64,000 nt of DNA from Sphyrna mokarran. Lineage: Eukaryota. The notes beneath the pieces are model-generated. The model saw only the letters and a program-made list of their open reading frames with translations, searched no databases and was not told the DNA's origin. Position 1 is the first letter of the stretch; the number at the start of each line of letters is the position of its first letter. A program made the translations under genes and the position numbers. Where the stretch lies: NCBI GenBank assembly GCA_024679065.1, contig JAGIQG010000016.1:9672001-9736000 (forward strand), in the 5' to 3' direction. Positions 26,071 to 39,905 of this stretch are shown one piece after another.

Positions 26071-26353
26071 TGTAATAACTTCATAGAGGTGAAGTCCTGT
26101 TACCAAGCATTTGTTTATTTGCAAGACAGACTATTTGCAAGACAAGTTATACAACAGTGACACATGCTTTAGTGGCAGAGAGATTGATGTACCTAGTTTA
26201 AATAGGGAACATGAGATTTGGGGTTGTGCAAACAATTAGGACAGAATCAGGAACGTTTGTTTATTAAAATTATTTTGTGTTCAACCAAAGCTCTCAATCA
26301 GAGATTTCATACTTCAGCAGACCAACATCAATCGCCCAGTTAAAGTCATCACA
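26071..26353 (-). repeat. Probable 3' LTR of the Gypsy element
   Basis: Ends tgtaataactt ... aagtcatcaca are inverted at 9/11 positions and have TG...CA termini. A minus-strand AATAAA occurs (tttatt at about 26115). Confidence 0.65.
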
Positions 26354-29300
26354 CGTCCCATCAAAGTCCAAGCAATCCTATCGGTTTGATTATCTCAGGT
26401 TCTTTTTTTCACTATTTGACTGCTGGGCCTGGATCCTCCAAAACGGCATTTGACATTCATGTGGAGTATCATGCGGGCGTCCCTTCTGCAGCAAGGGTCG
26501 GAGCGTTGATTCCTCTTCATTATTGTTGGAAATGGAACCACTACAACTTCATTCCCGTGTTCATCTCGGACACTGAGGTTCCTGGCAGGGGTACTGGAGA
26601 GACGCTGCTAGATGTCAAGGAGAATTCTGACTGTTCCTCGGACTGCAATCTCAACTTACCTCAGGAAGCGTTGGGGAATTTGAGGCGTGCGCGTGGTCCA
26701 AGTGTTTCTTTTCGACTGCCTCGTCCATTCAGTAAGATATTGCTCCCTTCCGGGTCTCCAAAGTTCCCGCTATCCACGTGGATCCATTTGCATAAATCAT
26801 TACCCAAACGTTCTCGCCGCCATCTACACGCCTTTGCTGGCATGTGTGCTCATGGCCCCTGCATTGCACTTCATTATGTCTTTCCAAATTTCCTCCAAAT
26901 TTGGAAGTAGCAGACTCAGTCTGTTTAGGGTTTATATATTCATCAGCAGATCTGCTGGAGCTATTCCCATGGTGGTGTGTGGATTTATGCTTTAGTCGAA
27001 AAGTCAGCGTGAGATTCTGGTCTTACTCACGCCACAAAATGTTTTTTTTTTCTCCTTCTCTTACTCTGCTTTTACATCTGACTGCTCCCTCCGCTATCCT
27101 GTTTGACTTTGGGTGCTATGATGCTGTCCTGATGTGCTGAACATCATTCGATTTCAAGAATTTTCTGAACGCTACCTTGGTTAAAACTGGCCCATTTTTG
27201 GAAACTAACACTACTGGTTTCACTTGCGTTGTCAACGAGGTGTGCAGTTTTTTCAACTGTTGTTGTTGTGTTTGATAAGTTCAGTTCGTAGACATCCAAC
27301 CATTTGAATGGTCATCTACTGTAATCAAAAAGAAAAACCCCATGAACTTCCTGCAAAATTGATACGGTCATGGTCTACCTGGTCACTCTCATACATACAG
27401 AGGGGCTATAAGAAACACCCACTTCCCCTGTTAGAACATCGGGCACAGCTCCACTATGTCTTCATCTGGATCAAGCAACCAGGCATAGCTACTGGCCGGT
27501 ATCTTAATTTAGGACATTCCAGAGTACCTCTGCTGTAGTTCAGCTATCATGGTCCGGTGACTCCCAATTGGGACTGTGACCCACGCTCCCCGTAGCAGTA
27601 TCTCGCATTCTACAGTTATCCGCTCTCTTCTGTTCCAGTAGGGTTGAAGCTTATATGGACCAGTATTTCCTGCTCTCTGTTAAATCCACGTACTATACCC
27701 TTGTTAATACAGAATTTCTTTCTGTCCACTGCCATATCTTTTATGCAGCCACTTGGAGAGTGTTCAAGAAGTTCAGCGTTAGCACTCTTACCTCTACTCT
27801 AGATACCAATGTTGGAGTATTTGATAATCGTGGCCCGCTTAAGAAATCGGTGTTTTCCACTGGGGCCCCTGGCTATTGTTCCAGTCGATATTACTGTGCT
27901 GCCAATAATAATGCCCAAAAGTGGATCCATGCTGAAACAACTGGGAACACTTCATTGTCCTCTTTGAGCAAGCTCAGCAAGGTTTTGTGATTAGTGATGA
28001 TTGTGAGTTTCTGCCTATACATTTGTTAGTGGAATTATTTTTTTTCTCGAAAATTGCAACCAGGACGTTATTTTTTTTCGATATGAGCATATGCTCGCTG
28101 TGCTTATGCTAATATTTTGGAGGCATACGTTGTTGGTTTTCCCTAATCATTTTGCCATTTGTGTGCCAGAACTGCGTCAACTTCTTATAGGGCACAGTTT
28201 GTCAAAAGTTATTTAAACATTTTCGCGTGAGATTTGCTGTTTAATTTTGTTGAAGTCAGGGTTTTGACGGTCCCACCGTTTGCACGTTTGATCCTTTTTT
28301 AGTAACTGGTGGAGAAGATCCATAATGGAGGCCCTGTTCTTTGTGAATTTCTTGTAATATGTCATCAGCCTTAAAAACCACCGTGATTGCTGGATTGTAT
28401 TAGGGCATCTGTTACTGCTCGCACCCAGCCTGCAGAGGATGTAGGCCTTACTCGTCCACTTTCTAACCCATGTGGGTTACTTCTCTTGCTAAAAAAAACG
28501 TATTTTTTTTTTCAAAGCGTACAACCACTGCTGCAAATCTCCTAAGGCCGTTTTTTCCGAGTTCTGTGGACGTCCTGCCTTTGTTTTTTTTTTCCGTAAT
28601 GACGGCGTCGTTTAGGCAAATGACTACCTGTGGCAATCTTTGTAGCATACTCTCCATCGTTCTCTCGAATACAACAAAAGCTGACAAAACCCCAAAGGAT
28701 AACCTTTAATACCGAAAAAAACGTCTTTCAGCATGTTTATTGAAACTTTTTTAGTGAATCCTCGACAACTGTAGTTGCAGGTATGGGTGACTCATGTCCT
28801 TATTTGTGAATATAAACCCTCCTCCTGCCAGCTTTGCATAACGTTCGTCACTCCGGGCAATCGTGCATTTGTCCTATAGTGCACAACGCTTGAATGTCTA
28901 TTTGAAATTGCCATAAAGACGCAACGAGCCGTCTGACTTCGAGGTAGGTACCGCGGGTGTCACACGTTCTGACAACTGGGTTGGTTTCAGCATTCCATTA
29001 TGCTCCAATATTTTAATTTCCTTGTCGACCTTTTCACCTAATGCACATCGGACAGGTCGGGTTTTGCACAATTTCGGGACGACATCCGGGCCGACGTGCA
29101 ATTTCGCTTTAACTTCTTTAATTGTTACTAGTTCTTCACTCCACACGCCGCCCCCTTCCCCCATAAAAAAAAAATCTTGGTATTTGCTCAAAACTCAGGA
29201 GACCACTTACGACCTGAACATAATAATAAATAAATTTAAAAAGTCCCCAAACTAAGTTGGATCTTATTCAGACAACTTCGTCGCAATGAACTGGATCCCG

Positions 29301-29395
29301 AATCTTTCAAAGTCATTAACGTGAGACTAACTTCGGGTTTTCCTGATACATGGATTGTGCAGCAAGAAGTTTCGCAAGATCATGTTGAAGTTCAT
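26071..29395 (-). mobile_element. Gypsy LTR retrotransposon remnant (PR end-RT-RH-IN plus 3' LTR)
   Basis: RT entry peptide TIKEVKAKLHVGPDVVPKLCKTRPVRCALGEKVDKEI..PAVPTSKSDGSLRLYGNFK and the decayed YLDD region FERTMESMLQRLPQVVICLND. Confidence 0.9.
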
Positions 29396-29660
29396 GACGT
29401 ATATTTGGTAGCACTGGATTTTGGAGTCTCAAGTTCCTTCATCAGGTGAGTGAGAGCGTATATTCAGAAAGAGGGAACATAAAAACACAAACTGAATTTA
29501 CAAGGTAATGATTGGAATGCGAATCTCTATAGGTAATCAAGTCTTAAATGTCCAGACAATCTGAATGGGTAGAGCGTCAAGCACAGGTTAAAGAGATGCG
29601 TATTGTTTCCAGCCAGGGCAGTCGGTGAGATTTTGCAAACACAGTCAAATAACCCCTTGC
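29395..29660 (-). mobile_element. Penelope-like 3' fragment with hammerhead-like core
   Basis: The reverse complement reads ctcacCTGATGAaggaacttgagactccAAAAtccagtgctaccaaata. Similar to 48040-48300. Confidence 0.65.
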
Positions 29661-29899
29661 AAAATTACGTCACTGCTTCTGCAATCCACGCTGCTGTCTT
29701 ATCTCCACAGATGCGAAAGTCCCATCATCACAAGTTATTATAATTAGAAAGCATAGTATAGAACAGAGTGCTTCCGATCAGTTTCCTTTGTTAACGGCAG
29801 GAAGACTGGCAAACCTGCGTTAAGCAGGTAATATGAGGCTTCCTGTTTGGGCCATCAATTAGGACTCAATTAGGGAGTTCATATTCTAGCAGTCCAATC

Positions 29900-30450
29900 T
29901 CATTTGCTTGTCTGAAGTAATCATAGACTCCTCCTTTTTAATGTCAACATGACACAAATTCTCTGCACACTGTTTTCCAGACTCAACATCCACCAAGTTC
30001 CCCTTTTCGGTGAATACTGATGCAAAATACACATTTAGTACCTTGCCCATTTCCTCTGGTTCAACACATAGATTTTTTCCCCCCGTTCTTCAATGGCAAC
30101 CCCTCTCCCTGGCTCTCCTTTTGCTCTGCACACATTCATAACAAAAGGTTTGTTTCTTTTTTCCTTGATACTGCTGCCCTATGACGTTTCGTGATCCCTT
30201 TCAACCCTTCTCACTTTTTGCTTAATTTTATTTTTTGCTTCCTTGTATTTCATTGCTTCAGTCTTGTGTTCCTAACCAACCTAGCTTTGACAAATGTTTC
30301 TTTTTCCTTTTTGCTAGGCTCACAATATTTCTCGTTATCCAAGGTTCCTGACACTTAGCATGTTTAGACTTCATCGTTATAGTAATGCGCTGATCCTGAA
30401 TTCTGTCAATACATATTTGAACGCCTCCCACGTGCCAGAATTTGATTCGC
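29900..30450 (-). mobile_element. CR1 ORF2 middle fragment
   Basis: The reverse complement encodes VEPEEMGKVLNVYFASVFTE, a CR1 ORF2 motif. Confidence 0.75.
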
Positions 30451-30459
30451 TATCATAGT

Positions 30460-33400
30460 ACAACAACTTTGACACGAGTGAGAGCATATAAGATGGAAAA
30501 TGCTTGAGAAACCGTTTTAGGTATTATTCCGCTGGAGGAGTTTAAAAACTCACTCCCATAAGTGTTACGAACCAGTGTTGAGGAACGTAAGTTTATATCG
30601 GCAAGAAGAGCTGCAGAAATTGTGGGTGAATACATCTTATGCCAAAATTGAAATTTAGCTTCTGACAGCAACTACAGGCCCAATGGAAGACAAACTGGGG
30701 AAGACTTAGATCTTTCAGTGAAAAAAGACCGGTCGATCATACTGGAAACAATTTAGCACTCGTAGACGAGAAAACATTTCGGTGCGTGGAAAATACATGG
30801 ATGATCTCAGGTGTTTCCTGTGTAACAAGACAGAACAAACAAAGACCGAGTATTGGTGGCTTAAAAAAAAATCACTGGAATTAAACGTGGTTAAAATGAA
30901 TCAAATAGTGTAATGTGTTCGTGCAGGTAATGGAAACCCTGAGAGACGTTGAGAAAATGAAGGGGAGTCCGCAGTATACGCACTGAATGGGTGATATGAT
31001 TGCACGCAGTCTTTTGAAATTCTTCACGTTTATGGGTAACATTCATTCAGGTAGAACAGGGTGGACAGGTAAAGGAGTTAAAATATTGAAAGATACAGGA
31101 GCTTGTCTGTCCCCAGTAGCTAGATATGAGAGTAATTGGACTTTTTCTGAAATATTGTACAAGAGAACCGTGAATTGTGGAGAAATAAGTAATGTTTTCC
31201 TGTGTAAAAAGTGCAATCCATTCCGGGAATATGATACGTTGTCGCATAACGAGTTGGTCGAAATTTTCGGAAAGCCACAGACGGTAATGAGACCAACGCC
31301 TTTTTATTAAAATACCTATTTGATGATTTTTTTTTTTACACACGGGTTATAATTCATTGTGCGGGACTTCTTCCGATAAAAGTGCGAAGTAGTACTGTCT
31401 AACTGTAATGGATGTATCGAACAGGTTTTCAGAGGCAAATTCTTTACAATGTATCAAGACAAAACAAATATTTGTGTGAGGTGTTGCTTGTGTACTTTAC
31501 AGAGTGAAGTTAACTGGATAGAATTTCATTCATGCAAAACCGAGGGAGATTGAAGCAGACGGAAGGCTAATATTTACTGCTAAATTATTTTAGGAAGTCA
31601 TGGATAGTTTAGGTATCACACATTGAAATCGAATGCGTACAACCCAGAATGCAAGGGAACATTGCAAATATGGCATCAAACTCTAAAGTCCACGTTGTGA
31701 GCTTATTGTCAAGATGACGGGATGGATTGGGATAAATGCATCCCACTTCGTTTATTTGCTGTTAGGGATGTTCGAAATGAATTGACTCAGATCACACAAA
31801 TTGAGCTGATGTTTGGACACAAACGAGTTGTCACTTAAAATTATAAAAGTGAAAGTTGATAGATTCCAAGTCAGAGATTTCAGCTTTGGATTGTGTATCT
31901 GAGTTGGTTAAACAGAATGGATGAATTATCTAACCATCATTGGGAAGTGGAATGTCACTTAATGAAGGAAGAAAAATATCTCAGCAATATAATTCATTAC
32001 TCTGTTATTACCAAAGTCAGGAGACTCATTTAAAGCAATCTTTAGGTAAGTTTTCCACAAAAGATATCAGCTGTATAACAAACAGATGTTAAAGAAACAC
32101 AGTGAGAAACTAAATCACAATGGTGTCGATTTTGATGTAACGAGACAGTGACTATATAACGAAGAAGTTCTTAAAACTGGAATGTGCTCTCTGTTCCAGG
32201 AACAGAGCAAATAACTGAAAAATACCTTACTGTGCTATGGAGACGTGCCCAAATAGAGTGAAGAGGGCTAATGCCATATCACACGAGATTGACATGGGGT
32301 ACGCTGTTCTTTACAGCAACCCAACTATTTGTTGTAATCCTGTTAAAGTGGTGCAAGTTCAGAAAAAAAAAAACAGCGATGCAACAAGACAATATTATAG
32401 AGGCGAGTAAACATGAGTGGATTTCGTCGATCGTGTTTCTTCTCAAAAGTAATGAGGCTACTAATTCAATGCAGATTATCGAAAGGTCAATATCGTGATT
32501 AAATCTGGCACCCAATCCCAGTGCTGGAGGATTACGTGGAAAATCTAGGACAAGCCCCTTACGTCACAAAGTTGGAATTAGTTCGTGGCTGCTAACAAGT
32601 GAATTTGTCAGCAAAAGCACAAAAATGTCTTTATTTTAATAACTCCAAATGATACATATCATGATTTTAATGTCCTTCCTTTGACAAAAAACTCGAGAAG
32701 CTTTTCAAGGCTCATGAATGGATTTGTTGGAGGACTGACTACTTCTATTGCCTGCGTACAGGCTCTAATGATAATTAGGCATTCCTACAAAATATTTAGC
32801 ACAGCTCTTTGAGAAATTATACATTGCACAGTCGGCCATAATCTTGGCAAATACAACATTTAGGAAGGCAGAAGTGATATTTTAAGGACTCAACATTGGA
32901 TGCGAGAAGGATGACACCCAGAAACGCGATGGTTAAAGATATAGAGACATTTCCATGACCATTACCGGACTACGGAGTGCAATGAATTTTGGGAGTCAGC
33001 GGATTGAAGGGAAATTTGAAGGGAAATTTCTACTTAACTAAGTAGCTTCCTGGCACCAGTGCCACTCAATTTTGGTGGAAAGGACAACTCCAGAAGCCTT
33101 TCGAGAATTTGAAGCAGCGTTATCGATCAGGCATGTTTTCGTCACGCCAGACTTCCCAAAACTCTTCAAATTCGCCATAGGCGTCTTAGATCTTACTGTT
33201 GAGGCAGTGTTGCTACAGAAGGATATTTATAGAACTAAAAGCTAATCGTTTAATTTTAATAAAGTCTCAATATCCAACAGATATATACTCAACTGAGTTA
33301 TGATGTTTAACAATGAACTTGCAATGTTGCTGTATTATTTATATTACGAACAATGTATGAAAAATCATTCCGCACACTGATTATAATTCTTTAACATTTC

Positions 33401-33520
33401 TGGTTAAAGTTAAAAATACCCGATTATTTCGTGGATTCCCATGTTACAAATATTTGCTTAACAAACTATGAGTGTTGTGGGTCGTCAAAATACCAGTGCG
33501 GATGCTCTATGCTGAGATTA
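30460..33520 (+). mobile_element. Gmr1-like Gypsy remnant (gag-PR-IN-RT-RH)
   Basis: Gag LEEFKNSLP..ARRAAEI at about 30530-30630; protease VKILKDTGA at about 31080; integrase GKPQTVMRP..HQTLKSTL*AYCQ..DWDKCIPLRLFAVRD..LMFGH at 31270-31820; RT DNIIEASKHEWISSIVFLLK at about 32390; RNase H PDFPKLFKFA..AVLLQ at about 33150; N..ADAL at about 33490. Confidence 0.85.
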
Positions 33521-36459
33521 ATAAAAGAAGAAACCATATTTTCATTATAGTGGTTGTATGGTTTTTCTTAAGGGCGTGGTGAACAGTTGAATTTGTGAAA
33601 TGGAACGTGTTGATATCGATGTAAATGATTTTAAAAATGCCAAAATGGGGAAAAAATCATTTCGTGGCACACAAAAACCTGACGCTTGTTTTAGTACTTG
33701 GAATTTGCTAGTACAATTTGTTTCAGTACTTGGAGTTTCCTGTAGAAGCAAAGTTCAAGCTGAAAAAAAGATACATCAAAACCTCAAGCTGTCGACTTGA
33801 TCAAAACAATCCATTTTATATGCCCAAACAATTTAAAAGAGTCACCGTGCGACTAGAAACCGATAACCTATGACTTTAATGATATTGACAAAGTCAGTTC
33901 AATCCCTTTGAAGGAAATTGATACATCATAACAAATATAAACCCAACTGCAAGGACAAAACCAGGAGTGAAATGCTGTCATTTTTTAAGTCTCAAGCGGG
34001 ACAGAACAATTGCCAGTTGCCACGAGTTAAGCGTTCTAAGCCGTCAACTGTGCCATTTTTAACTTTGCCGCATGGGAATGCATCGTATAACCACCGGAAG
34101 ATATCGAATCAGAATAGAACTTAACCACAGATAAATGCACTGAACAAAAAACCTCCAGACAGTTCAGAAAGGTGCAATATCTGTTTCTGATTTTTGTTTT
34201 GAGGGTAACAAGATTCTATTATTGCTATTATTAATAATAATAAGAATTAATAATAACAATAATTTGGTTAATTAATGGAATGAGTATTGCAATTATTTGA
34301 ATGCCATTAGATTAGAATCTTATTTTCCACGTTATGTTACCACTTATTTAATGTTCCAGTTAGTTACATAAGTAAATTGTTAATAACCTGTTCTAAAGTG
34401 AGTGCCAGAATTTATCTTAATTACCGTTAAATTAGTACTGAAAGGACCACTGACCTTCCGAAGCACTTTGATAGGGCAAGCGATTTTTTTGTGCGATTTG
34501 GCATAACTTTGGAAAAAAAACCTCAACCTCGTAACAATTCTCAGATCTGTAAATTCGTGATGCAGTCGTGAATAAATCAAGAAAACAAAACAATATACTT
34601 GCAAGAAGCATAACATGCGTAGTGCATTGGAGAGAAGAGGGACGTATGGAAAGTACAAGGGAAGAGTATACATTTAAAATTTGAAAGAAAAATAAGATGG
34701 AGAAGAATGCACTACTTGGAAGCAAAATCAAAGAGACTTCTACAACGCCACAACTGTCCATTAAGAGCAAAATGATTTCCAAGGAAAATTTGCTTTTTCT
34801 TAAAGACATAAGAAATAATCTGTGCTTCATGCAGAAAATCTGGTAATAGTTACTGTGTTTTCATCGTCAACAACAAAACAAGTAAACAATACACACATTC
34901 TAATCGGAGAATAAGACAGCTGGAGGCTGCCGTTAATTGTTACAGTGTAAGATGAAGTACAGGATACAAATGCATACTTTAAAAAAAAATCTGATTGTTG
35001 AAAGAACACAATGTACGAAATCTTGTGTTCAGTAGATTTGTTTTTTTTTCAATCTGAATGGATGTCTGCAAATGTTTTGCATTATTTACAAATGATACAA
35101 GGATATGTAGTAAAGGGAAATTTCGGAGAATTACGCAAAAAAAGACTCAAACATTTGAGACAGAGTCGACTGCCACTAGGAATGTTTTCGAACGATCAGA
35201 ACATGTGCTCTTAGATTTTTTGTTATGATGGCAGTCCTTTACTTCTAACTAATGAATTTTGTATCAAAGATAGCAGTTCTAATTGATCAGTGTATTGAAA
35301 AATATATTGTCTGTAGAGACTTTGGCACGTTATTTAACTATGTGCTGAATGGAGGTCTGATTAGAGGGAAAAATAATCTCATAGTTAGAGTTGAAGACGA
35401 GGAGTTAAAAACAAAATTATCTCAGTGACTGGAAAAAAATGTGCAATTGTCAATCGTTTTGTCTTATGAATCCGTTTTCATCGTTTTGGAACAGGCCAGT
35501 TGTTGGATGTCCTACATATTGTTAATTTAGACATTAAAAAATTGTAGTCTGGAAATCTGCAGGTAATGAAACAAATAACCCTTACCTGCGAATGAAGGTG
35601 AGGGTTGACTGTTCATAAATGGCATCAACTCATTTGCCGAGTGGTCGGAGAAGTAGTCAACACAATTGTCTCTGGAAGAATGTAATGTATGCATTACTGG
35701 TGCGCAAACAAAACAGCAAAACCAGGTTGAGAGGGTTCATGGAAGTTGGAAATTTCCAAAAGCATGTACGGATGGAGATCGAATATAATAAAGCATACAC
35801 AAGTATTGCTTTTGTTAGATTATCCCATCATTATCGTTTGTTTGCAATGATGGACATGCATATATTCATCGGACATAGGCAAGTATGTTTTTATAGTTTC
35901 AGTCACTGTTTTACAGTCAGGTCATAATTGTTTATCAAGATCTTGCCAACAGTATTGAAGGATGTTAGAACTCAGGCATTCAGAGACTTTCTATTGGTAA
36001 GGATAATGGTCAGAGAGCAGAAGAGGTTTATTGATGATCTGACTTAATATAACAGTTAGAAATATGCTATATAGTCTAGATAGAAAATAATTCAGTGACA
36101 GGTGGTGAGGGAGTATTAGCGCGGGTTGGGTTCTAAACTCAATGTTTTCATAGAGGCGTGAAAGTTCGTTTCATAATGCATTAAGCGGATTTATAGGCAA
36201 AATTCAGGTCAGTGTTTGGCATACGCTTGTAAAATAGACGTTTTCCCAACAGAAATTTAAGCACGCAAATTAGAAATTATAATCGCGGAAGTAAAGGATA
36301 TTTTAATGATGTTCAGAGCGTGGTGAAGCAAATTGAATTCCCGCTCACATTGTCTGTACCTGTATGGAAGCATTTAATTGTGAAGCCTCGCAATCAAAAT
36401 ATTTTTTCACATTCCAAACTGAACTTATTTCCCAATTCTGTCTTAGCTGAAATACATCC

Positions 36460-36530
36460 GTTCACACGATGAGTCAACTCATGCTTCCAAATATACTGAT
36501 TGGACTTTAATCTGGTGTTGTGAGCCTTCT
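36460..36530 (+). mobile_element. Short Penelope-like terminal fragment
   Basis: cttccaaatatactgattggactttaatctggtgttgtgagccttct matches the arms at 22075-22120 and 48295-48340. Confidence 0.6.
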
Positions 36531-36888
36531 AAGAAATTGAAAAATAAAAACACGTGTTGATTGATTTTAGCATTGCGGTTGCATAATTGTGCGAACAATT
36601 TGTCACAAGAAGATTAAGAATGATAATATATGCTAAGCGAAATTTGCAAAAGTGGATATTCATACTAACTTCGTTTCGTATTAATATAACTTTACTTATG
36701 ACTATTGAATAAACATTATAAAGCTACTAAGAGGCCCTTTTAAAGCAACACAAGATACTTTCTATGTCTCTGCCACTTATGATCACTATCTATGCCGCTG
36801 TGAAACCAAATTTTCTTTTTTTGACGAAATGGCAAATGTGTCAACGAGTTAGTTCCAGTTACGTGCTGTTTTCCTGTCGTCTTATTAA

Positions 36889-36892
<4 letters not shown>

Positions 36893-36936
<44 letters not shown>
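36893..36936 (+). repeat. (CA)n microsatellite
   Basis: Seen directly. Confidence 0.97.
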
Positions 36937-36940
<4 letters not shown>

Positions 36941-37243
36941 TCAAATGCTTCTGACTGTGTACTTTTTGGCTTTTTGGTGAAATATTTCTGCAATGAGAAA
37001 CAACGTGAGAGGTGTTTGCGTTACTTCCAAACATCCGTTATTACTGTTGTTGGACTGTCGCTTTGTTTTCTAGCTGACATAACCTTTTAGAATATATCAT
37101 TACAATCAACATAGGGAATTAATTTAAGGTGTGATTATGAATGAACTGTTTAACATGAGATTGAATGTTACCTTGAAGATGTCACTTTGGACCATGTTTT
37201 GTTTTTACTCTGAATGTTCAATCATTTGTATTATTTCCTAAAG

Positions 37244-37264
37244 AGCTCGTGAGTTTTAAAGCAG
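37244..37264 (+). CDS. 21-nt micro-exon (phase 1-1; ELVSFKA)
   Basis: tattatttcctaaag|AGCTCGTGAGTTTTAAAGCAG|gtaaga. Both other frames contain stops. Confidence 0.7.
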
Positions 37265-37966
37265 GTAAGACAGCTTTTTTTTTTGGTTTTCGTGAACTAA
37301 TGTTTGCTTCCTTGATGATTCTATTTGGGAGATCGTCAGATAATGGTCAGGTTTTCATAGATGTAAAAAGGTTTCGGATGTAGAAGAAGTCATGTTGCAA
37401 TTTTTTCGTAAGCGTATGCCAAAACTCGATGTGCAATGTTGATTGTTAATTTCAGCTTTAGACCAATAAAGAAAGTCATTCGGTCATTTGACAAAACAAT
37501 AGTTCGCTTGTATCTTTCCGAATGATCTCCCTCAACGAATTTTGTGTCATTGCAATATATTTGATACAAACGCTAAACCACATGTTAGTTAGGGTAGCAT
37601 GCGATTCTGCAAATAAAATATATATCACCTGACACGCAAAATAAAACAGTTCTAGTATTAGTCGCCAGTGCTTTCAGAAATGTGAAAAAAGTATACAACG
37701 CATCGTTCCTTGCAGAGAGAATTAAAACAAGAGCGTCTAGATTATGTTATCTGCACTTAATCTGAAGTGAAATCGAAACTCTGCTGTCTACATTCTATAT
37801 ATGCTCTTCTGATGAATACAAATGTATAATTGATTTCAATTCTGAATTCTTAAATCACATGTTAATCAGGAAGAGAAGCCAACTTATTCATGCAACCCAG
37901 CATGATGTTGCATTCAACATACCCCCGTAGTTGCGCTGATGTTATTTTTACCGTACGGAATAATTA

Positions 37967-38287
37967 AAGAACAAAAAACAACACAGCACGGGAAACAGGC
38001 CCTTCGGCCCAACGACCCCGCGCCGCCACCCGGATGTTCCCACCTCTACCCGTGATCCCTGTCTATGTTTATAGATCTATGTGTTAAAAATCAAATTTGA
38101 GACAATTTAGGGAGAATTTATTTCGCCAATTAGCCTAAGAACACATCTTTGGGATATGGGAAGAGAGTGGAGCACCCGCAGAAAACCCACGCAAGCACAG
38201 GGAGAATGCGCAAACTCCCACAGACACAGGCCCAAATCCATGTCTCTGCACAGCATAGAAATAGTCACTGAGCTGACGCGTTGCCCA
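37967..38287 (-). mobile_element. V-SINE variant with atypical head and CR1-type tail
   Basis: V-core gagcacccgcagaaaacccacgcaagcacagggagaatgcgcaaactcccacagac. Collinear with 53424-53751. Confidence 0.8.
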
Positions 38288-38499
38288 TCAAATGGTCGAG
38301 GTCACGCGTACACTAACGACGTGAAGCGCTAGGATACTCTCGAAAAAAAATCCAAGAGCAGCTCTCTCATGACCCATCGTGTGTATGCCCCTTGTTAGAT
38401 AACAAAGTGGACCAAGCACCTGTAGGATAAAAACAAGTACATCGATATCATCATCTATTTACACACTTCCCAGGAACTCCCAAGACTCATGATCCCTAT

Positions 38500-39905
38500 T
38501 TTAAATCAGTTTTCTATACCCCTCCATTCCCATTCTGTTCATGTGCCCATCTAAGTATTTCTTAAATAACTCCAGAGTGCCTGCCTCCACCACTTTACAT
38601 GGCAGCGCATTGCATACCCCACAACCCTCTGTGTTAAAAAACTCCCTCTAGCATCCAAATTATACCTTATCCCCCTCACCCTAAGCCCGTAACCCCTCGT
38701 GCTAATCGAGTCTATCTTAGGAAAAAAGGCTTACCCTGTTTACTCTATCTATACCCCTCATAAACTTGTACACCTCTACCAGATCTCCTCTAAGTCTATG
38801 TCTTTGTAAGGAAAAAAGTCCCAATTTGCCTAACCTCTCCTCGTAACTCAGATCTTCCATACCAGGCAGCATCCTGGTAAACCTCCTCTGCACTCTTTCC
38901 AGAGACTCCACGTCCTTCCGGTAGTAAGGCGACCAGAACTGGACGCAGTGTTCCAAATGAGGTCTAACCAAAGTTATGTACAACTGCAACATTAATGGCC
39001 CGCTCTTGTACTGTATACCCTTTCTATAAAGGCTAGCATACCATATGCTTTCTTCACAAACGTCTCAACCTGCTCTACCACTTTCAGAGACTTGTGCACT
39101 TGCACTCCCAGGTCCCTTTGCGTTTCTGTATTCTTAATAGGTCCACCCTTTATTATATACCTTCCCCTACATTCTTTCTCCAAAATGCATCACCTCGCAT
39201 TTATCAGGATTGAACTCCATCTGCCATCTGTCTGTCCAAGCTACCAGCCTATCTCTGTCCTGCTGCATCGCCTGATAATGTTCCTCATTATCTGCAAGTC
39301 CAGCCACCTTTGTGTCATCTGCAAACTTACTGATCACTCCACTTACTCCCTCTTCCAAATCATTGATATATATTACAAATAGACGAGGTCCCTGTACTGA
39401 GCCCTGCAGCACACCACTTGTGACCGACCTCCAGCTAGAAAAACACCCTTCCACTGTTACTCTCTGTCATCTATTACTAAGCCAGTTACTTATCCATCAA
39501 TCTACCTGTCCTTGTATCCCATGAGCCTTGACCTTCTCAACTAACCTTCCATGAGGGACTTTGTCAAACGCCTTACTGAAATCCATGTAGACGACATCAA
39601 CGGCTCGCCCTTCCTCGACCGTTTTCCTCACCTCCTCAAAAATTTCTACCAGATTTGTAAGGCACGACCTCCGCTGAACAAAGCTATGCTGCGTATGTCT
39701 AATCAGATCACAACGCTCTAAGTGCCTATACATCATTTCTCTAAGAATCCCCTCCAACAGCTTCCCTACCACTGACGTCAATTCACTGGCCTATAATTTC
39801 CAGGATTATCCCTACTACCTTTTTTTAAACAACATTAGCTATTCTCCAGTCCTCTGGGATCTCACCGGTGCCCAAAGAAGAGACAAAGATTTGTGCCAGA
39901 GAGAT
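38500..39905 (-). mobile_element. CR1 LINE ORF2 RT (well preserved, frameshifted)
   Basis: Peptides TGEIPEDWRIANVV, TSVVGKLLEGILR..YMDFSKAFDKVPHGRL, SGVLQGSVQGPRLFVIYINDL..KFADDTK and LVRPHLEHCVQFWSP. Confidence 0.95.

Noticed and set aside
26386-26995. 174-aa and 102-aa plus-strand ORFs
   Set aside because: They are antisense to the 3' end of the minus-strand Gypsy pol, so they are shadow ORFs.
35976-35996. 21-nt segment GIQRLSI; similar weak candidates at 45692-45712, 52060-52074, 35548-35562 and 859-894
   Set aside because: The acceptors are purine-rich without a pyrimidine tract. I excluded them from the exon chain, though they cannot be fully ruled out.
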